This document shows, piece by piece, positions 1 to 5,305 of a stretch of DNA of 10,441 nucleotides. How positions within the stretch are numbered: the stretch's first letter is position 1; the number at the start of each line of letters is the position of its first letter. The translations under genes were made by a program, and so were the position numbers. The notes under the pieces are model-generated. The model saw only the letters and a list, made by a program, of their open reading frames with translations, was not told the origin of the DNA and did not search any database. The DNA is from a virus: the UHGV virus genome UHGV-0077748; one strand, 5' to 3'.

Positions 1-125
1 ATTTGTATTTATTGTCTTTTGTATATTGTCTTTTGTGTTTAGCTGACTTGGCTTATACCCATTAGCCGACTTGGCTAATGTTTTATTAGCTGTTTTAGCT
101 AATGTTAAGCTGTCCTGGCTAATCC
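1..125. repeat. ori-like region inside the O coding sequence: four ~20-bp iterons (about 41-125) next to a 40-bp AT-rich block (1-40)
   Basis: Seen directly: degenerate direct repeats agctgacttggcttataccc / attagccgacttggctaatg / ..tagctgttttagctaatg / ttaagctgtcctggctaatcc (core AGCYGNYYTGGCTAAT), followed in the O reading direction by atttgtatttattgtcttttgtatattgtcttttgtgttt. Matches the lambda ori layout (iterons then AT-rich unwinding region within O). Confidence 0.6.
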
Positions 126-462
126 ACTGAGAAACCACCTTGTTCACTCCGATTTTCACGCCATCAGCAATGAGGAATTTACGCTCGATAAGCTGGCGCT
201 TGGCAGCGCAAACATGAGTGTGATGAATACCTGTCATGGCTGCTATCTGCGTGTTTGTGAGTCGATCCATCGGCTTATTGAATCCGTATGTCTTGCGCAT
301 GATAGCGAGCATCACCTTCAACTGCCGGACGGTTAAATCAGCCATCAGCAGACTGTCGGTAATCTCGTTAGCAACGCGCATGAAACCATCTTCGGTATCT
401 GCCACGCGATGCTCCACGACCTCCAGTTGAGGCCTGTAATCAGCTAACTTAACGACGCCCAT
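1..462 (-). CDS. Replication initiator, lambda O / P22 gp18 family, N-terminal iteron-binding domain (partial; C-terminus lies beyond window start)
   Basis: Minus-strand ATG at 462..460 preceded by AGGAG; open frame with no stop down to position 1. Translation MGVVKLADYRPQLEVVEHRVADTEDGFMRVANEI..LTVRQLKVMLAIMRKTYGFNKPMDRLTNTQIAAMTG.. resembles the lambda O N-terminus as recalled (..DLTKRQFKVLLAILRKTYGWNKPMDRITDSQLSEIT..). Not in the supplied ORF track because it has no in-window stop. Confidence 0.8.
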   Translation of the reverse strand, partial: MGVVKLADYRPQLEVVEHRVADTEDGFMRVANEITDSLLMADLTVRQLKVMLAIMRKTYGFNKPMDRLTNTQIAAMTGIHHTHVCAAKRQLIERKFLIADGVKIGVNKVVSQWISQDSLTLAKTANKTLAKSANGYKPSQLNTKDNIQKTINTN

Positions 463-610
463 GTTTCACTCCTGCTTTGGCTAGTCTGTAAACACCAACA
501 AGGCGCTCTGCGAACGCCCTGTTATTTGCTGCGGCTACCACTAATCCCTCAGGTGAATCAGGGTGTCGAATCTCTTCTTTTTCCTGGTATTTCTTACGAC
601 GTTTTGTCAT
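449..610 (-). CDS. Hypothetical small basic protein (53 aa) between cII and O, overlapping the O start
   Basis: Minus-strand ATG 610..608, stop at 451..449; translation MTKRRKKYQEKEEIRHPDSPEGLVVAAANNRAFAERLVGVYRLAKAGVKHGRR. Its 3' end contains the O RBS and start codon. No recognised family; may be non-coding. Confidence 0.3.
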   Translation of the reverse strand: MTKRRKKYQEKEEIRHPDSPEGLVVAAANNRAFAERLVGVYRLAKAGVKHGRR

Positions 611-618
611 AATTACTC

Positions 619-700
619 CTGTGGATTGATCCAGTAATTCCCTCAGAATTGCATATCAATTTGCTTAAAATCCTCGGTGGCAGCCGGGGATTTTTTCTTT
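619..700 (+). ncRNA. oop: oop-like antisense RNA overlapping the 3' end of cII
   Basis: Plus-strand intrinsic terminator (stem atcctcgg / ccggggat, then TTTTTTCTTT at 691-700) lies antisense inside the cII 3' end. A CATAAT -10-like hexamer at 607-612 would start a transcript near 619, giving about 80 nt, as for lambda OOP (~77 nt). Exact 5' end uncertain. Confidence 0.45.
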
Positions 701-939
701 GTGATTTCATCCAATGCATACTTAAAAGCCCTGCTAATCGGACTGATGTCTGATGCCATTCCAAAAGCACACAAGACCGAAGCAATAAATCTCCAGTCCG
801 TTCTGCTTATCTTCGATTCATGACAGCCAATCATCTTTGCCAGACCGCGCTGGGTAAGCGTTGACAGGTTGATGAGTAAATCAGTTTCAGCGCGATCAAT
901 TTCTCGCTGTGTTGGCTTGCTGTAGCTTGCTTGTGCCAT
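643..939 (-). CDS. cII: CII-family transcriptional activator (lambda cII / P22 c1 homolog)
   Basis: 98-aa ORF; C-terminus ..KKKSPAATEDFKQIDMQF parallels lambda CII ..KKRPAATERSEQIQMEF as recalled; internal HTH-like segment TQRGLAKMIGCHESKISR; position directly downstream of cro. Confidence 0.85.
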   Translation of the reverse strand: MAQASYSKPTQREIDRAETDLLINLSTLTQRGLAKMIGCHESKISRTDWRFIASVLCAFGMASDISPISRAFKYALDEITKKKSPAATEDFKQIDMQF

Positions 940-1007
940 TTGTTAATTTTCCTATATTGATATTGAGTTATAGCGGCACACCCAATGGATTTGCCGCCGA
1001 TGTTTGC

Positions 1008-1048
1008 TCACCCGGTTAGAGGTGAAAGGCCAGAACTGTTAAAGAGCA
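1008..1048 (-). promoter_or_regulatory. nutR: boxA (1048..1037, minus-strand TGCTCTTTAACA) and boxB hairpin (1025..1008, tcacct-CTAACC-gggtga)
   Basis: Seen directly between cro and cII on the minus strand: boxA-like element (lambda boxA CGCTCTTA-type) followed by a stem-loop whose loop CTAACC is identical to the nutL loop. Confidence 0.6.
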
Positions 1049-1054
1049 ATTTGC

Positions 1055-1240
1055 TTATGCCGCTTGGCGGTAAGCACTTTCTTGATACTTCAGGGCGCCA
1101 GCTGTAACGATTTCCAATCGATAGGCGTCTTTCTCTGGGATAACTTCTTTCCACTGAGAGACTGCTGCATCGCTAATGCCTAGTGCTTTAGCAACAGCAC
1201 GCTGGGTTCCGAAGTGGTCAATAACATCTTTTTTGTACAT
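1055..1240 (-). CDS. cro: Cro repressor, P22-type
   Basis: 61-aa ORF MYKKDVIDHFGTQRAVAKALGISDAAVSQWKEVIPEKDAYRLEIVTAGALKYQESAYRQAA; matches P22 Cro as recalled; HTH QRAVAKALGISDAAVSQW; divergent from the repressor gene across an operator region. Confidence 0.9.
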   Translation of the reverse strand: MYKKDVIDHFGTQRAVAKALGISDAAVSQWKEVIPEKDAYRLEIVTAGALKYQESAYRQAA

Positions 1241-1254
1241 AGACTCGCTCCGAA

Positions 1255-1320
1255 ATTAAAGAACACTTAAATTATCCACCAAAGGAATCTTAAGTCAAGT
1301 TTATTTAAGATGTCTTAACT
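1255..1320. promoter_or_regulatory. OR operator cluster with PR (toward cro) and PRM (toward c2): three 18-bp operators about 24 bp apart
   Basis: Seen directly: 1255-1272 attaaagaacacttaaat (reverse complement ATTTAAGTGTTCTTTAAT, the P22 OR1-type operator as recalled); 1279-1296 weaker; 1303-1320 atttaagatgtcttaact. PR candidate on the minus strand: -35 TTGACT (1298..1293), -10 GATAAT (1276..1271). Confidence 0.8.
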
Positions 1321-1971
1321 ATGAATACACAACTGATGGGTGAGCGTATTCGCGCTCGCAGAAAAGAACTCAAGATTAGGCAGGCTGCCCTTGGCAAGAT
1401 GGTTGGCGTGTCTAATGTTGCTATTTCCCAATGGGAGCGATCTGAAACTGAGCCCAATGGCGAAAACCTATTGGCCTTAGCCAAGGCTTTGCAGTGCTCC
1501 CCTGATTACCTGTTGAAAGGAGAGGATAGTCTTTCAAACATTGCCTATCACAGCAGGCATGATCCAAGAGGTTCGTATCCTCTAATTAGTTGGGTAAGCG
1601 CAGGATGTTGGATGGAAGCTGTAGAGCCATATCATAGGCGTGCAATAGATAACTGGTACGACACAACGGTAGATTGTTCTGAAGACTCTTTTTGGCTCGA
1701 CGTTAAAGGCGATTCAATGACTGCCCCGGCAGGACTGAGTATTCCTGAGGGGATGATTATTCTCGTCGACCCAGAAGTCGAACCACGTAATGGAAAGCTG
1801 GTAGTCGCCAAACTTGAAGGAGAAAACGAGGCGACATTCAAAAAGTTAGTTATTGATGCCGGTAGAAAATTCCTGAAACCACTCAATCCACAATACCCAA
1901 TGATTGAAATCAATGGGAACTGTAAAATCATTGGCGTTGTCGTTGATGCCAAGCTAGCAAACCTTCCTTAA
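1321..1971 (+). CDS. c2: Phage repressor, P22 C2 / lambda CI family (N-terminal HTH, C-terminal S24 LexA-like autopeptidase domain)
   Basis: 216 aa; MNTQLMGERIRARRKELKIRQAALGKMVGVSNVAISQWERSETEPNGENLLALAKALQCSPDYLL.. matches P22 C2 over its length as recalled; HTH VGVSNVAISQWE; Ala-Gly cleavage site (..WVSAGCW..) and GDSM serine motif with downstream Lys. Confidence 0.95.
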   Translation: MNTQLMGERIRARRKELKIRQAALGKMVGVSNVAISQWERSETEPNGENLLALAKALQCSPDYLLKGEDSLSNIAYHSRHDPRGSYPLISWVSAGCWMEAVEPYHRRAIDNWYDTTVDCSEDSFWLDVKGDSMTAPAGLSIPEGMIILVDPEVEPRNGKLVVAKLEGENEATFKKLVIDAGRKFLKPLNPQYPMIEINGNCKIIGVVVDAKLANLP

Positions 1972-1993
1972 GGGGCTTTCGCCCCTTTTTTTA
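1971..1993 (+). terminator. Intrinsic terminator immediately after c2
   Basis: GC stem aggggc / gcccct with loop TTTC followed by a 7-T run, directly after the c2 stop codon. Confidence 0.7.
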
Positions 1994-2035
1994 TTTCCCG
2001 TTAAAAATCAAAGACAAACTAAATTCACGCCCATA

Positions 2036-2090
2036 AAATTAAGTTTTCTTCAAAAATGCACTTGACCAATAAATTAAGAGGTCTTAAATT
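2036..2090 (+). promoter_or_regulatory. pL promoter with OL operator(s)
   Basis: -35 TTGACC (2062-2067), 17-bp spacer, -10 TAAATT (2085-2090). 18-bp operator aattaagaggtcttaaat (2072-2089), palindromic with ATTTAAGA half-sites as in OR, overlaps the spacer and -10; weaker operator-like sequence at 2036-2057. Confidence 0.6.
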
Positions 2091-2136
2091 TAAGCCGTCA
2101 GCAGGACGCTGGAAGCCAAACGGAACAGATTGGCAG

Positions 2137-2176
2137 GCTCTTTAACATCGACGGACTCTCAACCTAACCGTTGAGA
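2137..2176 (+). promoter_or_regulatory. nutL: boxA (2137-2147 GCTCTTTAACA) and boxB hairpin (2157-2176 tctcaac-CTAACC-gttgaga)
   Basis: Seen directly in the pL leader upstream of N: boxA-like element, 9-nt spacer, then a perfect 7-bp stem with a 6-nt loop. Confidence 0.7.
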
Positions 2177-2286
2177 CCAGAACTTGAGTGGTTTTGGGGA
2201 TGGCGCGAATTGCAGCTGCAAGACAGCGATCGAGAAGATAAGCACCTCGACGCGTCATGCGCCAAAGCCACTTAAAGGAGACCATC

Positions 2287-2592
2287 ATGGTAACCATTGT
2301 CTGGAAAGAATCCAAAGGTACGGCAAAAAGCCGCTACAAAGCTCGCAGAGCAGAACTTATTGCCGAGCGACGCAGTAATGAAGCACTGGCGCGAAAAATT
2401 GCGCTAAAGCTCTCTGGTTGCGTCAGAGCAGACAAAGCAGCATCACTAGGAAGCCTTTGCTGCAAGAAGAAAGAAGAAGTCGTTCGAAAAAATAGAAGTA
2501 TTTATTACAAAGATTCAAACCCATTAGGAAACAAAATACATGCAGTCCAAAAAATAAAATTGTACAGTAAACTACCGTACGGTGCTTATTGA
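2287..2592 (+). CDS. N: N-family transcription antiterminator, phage 21-type, with N-terminal arginine-rich motif
   Basis: AAGGAG RBS 7 nt upstream of ATG 2287. Translation MVTIVWKESKGTAKSRYKARRAELIAERRSNEALARKIALKLSGCVRADKAASLGSL.. matches phage 21 N as recalled. First gene after pL/nutL. The track ORF begins at 2257 but the SD supports 2287. Confidence 0.85.
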   Translation: MVTIVWKESKGTAKSRYKARRAELIAERRSNEALARKIALKLSGCVRADKAASLGSLCCKKKEEVVRKNRSIYYKDSNPLGNKIHAVQKIKLYSKLPYGAY

Positions 2593-2594
2593 GT

Positions 2595-2933
2595 ATGCTT
2601 ATGGTGAAAAAGACTATTTATGTTAATCCTGACCGCGGACAAAACAGAAAAGTATCTGATAGAGGTCTTACATCTCGAGACAGGAGGAGAATAGCGAGAT
2701 GGGAAAAAAGGATAGCATATGCATTAAAAAACGGTGTAACACCTGGATTTAATGCTATAGATGACGGTCCTGAATATAAGATTAATGAAGAACCAATGGA
2801 CAAAGTTGACAAAGCATTAGCAACACCATTTCCTCGCGATGTCGAAAAAATTGAAGATGAAAAATATGAGGATGTAATGCACAGAGTTGTTAATCACGCT
2901 CACCAACGAAATCCAAATAAAAAATGGTCATAG
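2595..2933 (+). CDS. Hypothetical protein (about 112 aa), AT-rich moron gene A; Arg-rich segment SRDRRRIARWEKR
   Basis: Open frame ending at TAG 2931-2933 inside a terminator hairpin. Start uncertain (ATG 2595 or 2601, weak SD; possibly coupled to the N stop). Visibly lower GC than flanking phage core genes. No family recognised. Confidence 0.6.
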   Translation: MLMVKKTIYVNPDRGQNRKVSDRGLTSRDRRRIARWEKRIAYALKNGVTPGFNAIDDGPEYKINEEPMDKVDKALATPFPRDVEKIEDEKYEDVMHRVVNHAHQRNPNKKWS

Positions 2934-2954
2934 CCCACTTCGGTGGGTTTTTTA
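2932..2954 (+). terminator. Intrinsic terminator (UUCG-tetraloop hairpin plus T-run)
   Basis: cccac-TTCG-gtggg followed by TTTTTTATT. Confidence 0.7.
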
Positions 2955-3069
2955 TTGTCTGAACAAACCTAATTTACTACCGCAAGCCACGCAGTGAAAT
3001 GGGTGTGACTTGCTCAGGCCGCCAGAAAATGAAATTAGGCAGCAAACCACTTATTTGAGAGGAATTAAT

Positions 3070-3693
3070 ATGTCATCAATCCGCTTAACTACGAGAATGA
3101 AAGAGGAAATCGCTCGTAACGCTTTAATTAAGTCTGGGGTTTTCACTGAACTTGAAGAAGTAACAAAGTTAAAGAACCAGCTTGCACTTGACGCCAGAGT
3201 TATTGCGTTTGGCGGTAAAAAGAAAACTGAGGAAGTGGATCAGTTATCATCCAAGTTGGTAGCTATAAGTGAAGAACTTGGAAAGATGGGATGTTCATTT
3301 TACTCATACGATGTTAGTTCTACTTCAATTTATCTGACTGTATCTGGCAGAAGGGTTGGATGGCATTCATATGGGAAAGACGGCAACGGCGAAGATATAT
3401 TGCTCCCTACTCCGACCAAAGATAAATGCATGTTTAGCGCAGAACACGAAATAACAAAAAGGTTTGATGAAATCTGCGCATTGCAACAAAAACTTGAAGC
3501 CAAGAAAAAGGATATCGAATCAAATGTATGGGCTGCTTTGAACTCAGTCACAACAGTTAAGCGACTTATTGAAGTTTGGCCTGAAAGCAAAGAATTGCTA
3601 CCAAAAGAAGCAGATAAAGCAAGTACAGCACTTCCTGCTTTACGGGTAGAAGATTTGAATAAGATGATTGGACTTCCTTCCGAGGCCGCATAG
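3070..3693 (+). CDS. Hypothetical protein (207 aa), AT-rich moron gene B
   Basis: ATG 3070 preceded by GAGAGG; translation MSSIRLTTRMKEEIARNALIKSGVFTELEEV..GRRVGWHSYGKDGNGEDILLPTPTKDKCMF..; no family recognised. The track start at 3010 looks like upstream read-through of the frame. Confidence 0.7.
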   Translation: MSSIRLTTRMKEEIARNALIKSGVFTELEEVTKLKNQLALDARVIAFGGKKKTEEVDQLSSKLVAISEELGKMGCSFYSYDVSSTSIYLTVSGRRVGWHSYGKDGNGEDILLPTPTKDKCMFSAEHEITKRFDEICALQQKLEAKKKDIESNVWAALNSVTTVKRLIEVWPESKELLPKEADKASTALPALRVEDLNKMIGLPSEAA

Positions 3694-3709
3694 TCGGCCT
3701 TTATTTTTG
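3682..3709 (+). terminator. Terminator-like hairpin overlapping the gene B stop codon
   Basis: Stem gaggccg / cggcctt with the stop codon TAG in the loop, followed by TTTATTTTT. Confidence 0.55.
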
Positions 3710-3735
3710 GCATAAACAACAGAATAAACACTGCA

Positions 3736-3767
3736 CTGTGTATTCATTCCAACGAGTGAATACACGG
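3736..3767. repeat. Near-perfect inverted repeat (12-bp arms, 4-nt spacer CAAC): gtgtattcattc-caac-gagtgaatacac
   Basis: Seen directly; 11 of 12 arm positions are Watson-Crick complementary and the twelfth is a G-U pair as RNA. Lies in the spacer between two terminators, abutting GGAG at 3766-3769. Confidence 0.6.
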
Positions 3768-3827
3768 AGCAATGTCGCTCGTAACTAAACAGGAGCCGAC
3801 TTGTTCTGATTATTGGAAATCTTCTTT

Positions 3828-3854
3828 GCCCTCCAGTGTGAGGGCAATTTTTTT
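3828..3854 (+). terminator. Intrinsic terminator immediately upstream of the gene C RBS
   Basis: gccctc-cagtgt-gagggc followed by AATTTTTTT; the SD GGAGG (3859-3863) and ATG 3867 follow directly. Confidence 0.65.
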
Positions 3855-3866
3855 GACGGAGGATAT

Positions 3867-4835
3867 ATGAGTGAAGTAACAGATTTAGTTGTTATTGAAA
3901 AAGCAAATGCAATGACTGTATTTCAGTCTGCCGACCAGATTGAAGAAATCCTTCAAAGGGTTGAACGTGAAGTTATGTCCTTTGTGCCTGATATCACAAC
4001 GGCAAAGGGCAGAAAGGAGATCGCTTCTCTGGCGTATAAAGTTGCGCAGACGAAAACATATCTCGATGGTCTTGGCAAAGACCTTGTTGCTGAACTGAAG
4101 GAAATTCCAAAGCTAATTGATGCCAACCGCAAGACAGTGCGTGATCGCCTTGATGAGCTGAAAGCCAAGGCGCGCCAGCCTCTTACTGATTATGAGGAGG
4201 AACAGGCACGGATTAAAGCCGAAGAAGAAGCTAAGGCAGCAGCTGAAGCTCTCGCAAAGCAAATTGAGTCTGACCATGAAATAGCGATTTTGATGGATCG
4301 CGAATTTGACCGCCAAAGAGAAGAGGCAAGACTCAAAGCGGAGCAGGAAAAGCGAGAGCATGAAGAACGCTTAAAAAGAGAAGCTGAAGAGAAAGCCAGA
4401 GCAGAAGCCGAAGCAAAGGCAAAAGCCGAAATTGAAGCAGCAGCAAGGCGAGAAGCAGAAGCTAAGGCCGCAGCGGAACGTGCAGAGCGTGAACGCATTG
4501 AAGCCGAGCAACGAGCACAGCGCGAAGCAAAAGAGGCAGCAGAACGAGCTGAAAGAGAAAAGCAGGCGGCAATTGAAGCAGAACGCCGAAAAGCACAGGA
4601 GGAGGCTGAACGAATCCGGCGCGAGGCTGAAGCAAAAGAGCAAGCCAGAATAGCAGAAGAAAAAAGAATCAAGGAAGAAGAAGAGTGTAGAGCAAAGGAT
4701 AAAGCTCACCGGAAAGAAGTAAATAACAAAATACTTGCTGACCTTATCAAGGTTGGCGCATCAGAAGATGTTGCTAAAAATATCATAACAGCCATCGTAA
4801 AAGGCGAAGTATTCGCAACAAAAATAACCTACTAA
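3867..4835 (+). CDS. Hypothetical phage early protein (322 aa): about 115-aa N-terminal domain plus about 170-aa E/A/K/R-rich charged helical (single alpha-helix / coiled-coil-like) repeat region
   Basis: ATG 3867 with GGAGG SD. Translation MSEVTDLVVIEKANAMTVFQSADQIEEILQRV.. then ..EEAKAAAEALAKQ..REAEEKARAEAEAKAKAEIEAAARREAEAKAAAERAERERIEAEQRAQREAKEAAERAEREKQAAIEAERRKAQEEAERIRREAEAKEQARIAEEKRIKEEEE... The track start at 3813 is TTG; the internal ATG is preferred. Confidence 0.75.
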   Translation: MSEVTDLVVIEKANAMTVFQSADQIEEILQRVEREVMSFVPDITTAKGRKEIASLAYKVAQTKTYLDGLGKDLVAELKEIPKLIDANRKTVRDRLDELKAKARQPLTDYEEEQARIKAEEEAKAAAEALAKQIESDHEIAILMDREFDRQREEARLKAEQEKREHEERLKREAEEKARAEAEAKAKAEIEAAARREAEAKAAAERAERERIEAEQRAQREAKEAAERAEREKQAAIEAERRKAQEEAERIRREAEAKEQARIAEEKRIKEEEECRAKDKAHRKEVNNKILADLIKVGASEDVAKNIITAIVKGEVFATKITY

Positions 4836-4859
4836 TAAAACCAACATAAGGAACCACCC

Positions 4860-5006
4860 ATGATTTACGCAATCGCGGGAGGCGCTCGCATGGGTGCCTT
4901 CCAATTAAATGAATCTTTACTTGAACGAATCACCCGTAAATTACGTGACGGATGGAAACGACTCATCGACGTACTTAATCAGCCAGGAGTTCCAAAAAAT
5001 GGATAA
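4860..5006 (+). CDS. cIII: CIII protein (FtsH/HflB inhibitor that stabilises CII)
   Basis: 48-aa ORF below the track's length cutoff: MIYAIAGGARMGAFQLNESLLERITRKLRDGWKRLIDVLNQPGVPKNG. Central segment matches lambda CIII as recalled (..ESLLERITRKLRDGWKRLIDILNQPGVPKNG..). AAGGA SD upstream. Confidence 0.85.
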   Translation: MIYAIAGGARMGAFQLNESLLERITRKLRDGWKRLIDVLNQPGVPKNG

Positions 5007-5112
5007 AACACTTATGGCTATTCAGACTAAATTCACTATCGCCACTTTTATTGGCGATGAAAAGATGTTTCGTGAGGCCGTCGAAGCCTACAGAAAATGG
5101 AGGTCTAAATGA
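4999..5112 (+). CDS. kil: Kil-like host cell-division inhibitor (37 aa)
   Basis: ATG 4999 with AGGAG 9 nt upstream, overlapping the cIII 3' end. MDKTLMAIQTKFTIATFIGDEKMFREAVEAYRKWRSK resembles lambda Kil (MDQTLMAIQTKFTIATFIGDEKMFREAVDAYKKW..) as recalled. Immediately downstream of cIII as in lambda. The longer track ORF from 4909 is upstream read-through. Confidence 0.55.
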   Translation: MDKTLMAIQTKFTIATFIGDEKMFREAVEAYRKWRSK

Positions 5113-5297
5113 TTCCGGTAGAGCTGGCGAAAACTCCAGAGTTAAGTCGATTAAAAAGAGAATATCACATTGCTGAGGCTCGTTACTGGCGTAAAGCGGG
5201 AGATAAATCAAAGAAACAACTTTGTTTATGGCAAGCACAAAGAGAGCGCATGAATGAGCGCGAATTTCTTTCCTCCCCATCCGAATTACCATTCTGA
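5109..5297 (+). CDS. Hypothetical protein (62 aa), translationally coupled to kil (ATGA overlap)
   Basis: MIPVELAKTPELSRLKREYHIAEARYWRKAGDKSKKQLCLWQAQRERMNEREFLSSPSELPF; occupies the position of gam in lambda but is not Gam-like. Confidence 0.55.
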   Translation: MIPVELAKTPELSRLKREYHIAEARYWRKAGDKSKKQLCLWQAQRERMNEREFLSSPSELPF

Positions 5298-5305
5298 GGT
5301 GAATT

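Noticed and set aside
236-430. 64-aa plus-strand ORF
   Set aside because: Antisense to the O-type initiator gene, whose translation is clearly homologous to known initiators.
594-785. 63-aa minus-strand ORF
   Set aside because: Overlaps cII in another frame; the cII frame has recognisable homology.
1632-1952. 106-aa minus-strand ORF
   Set aside because: Antisense to the c2 repressor gene.
2184-2378. 64-aa plus-strand ORF in the N leader
   Set aside because: Out of frame with N and overlaps its start; N has the AAGGAG SD and recognisable homology.
2589-3869. TTG/GTG upstream starts proposed by the ORF track (2589, 3010, 3813) and at 7144, 7440, 9547
   Set aside because: Internal ATG codons with properly spaced Shine-Dalgarno sequences, which yield N-termini matching homologs where known, are more plausible starts.
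4113-4709. Minus-strand ORFs 4113-4361, 4190-4672, 4371-4709 and plus-strand ORF 4432-4653 (Ser/Ala/Cys/Phe/Leu-rich or Lys/Gln-rich translations)
   Set aside because: Alternative-frame and antisense readings of the low-complexity GAAGC-rich repeat inside gene C; the compositions are artefactual.
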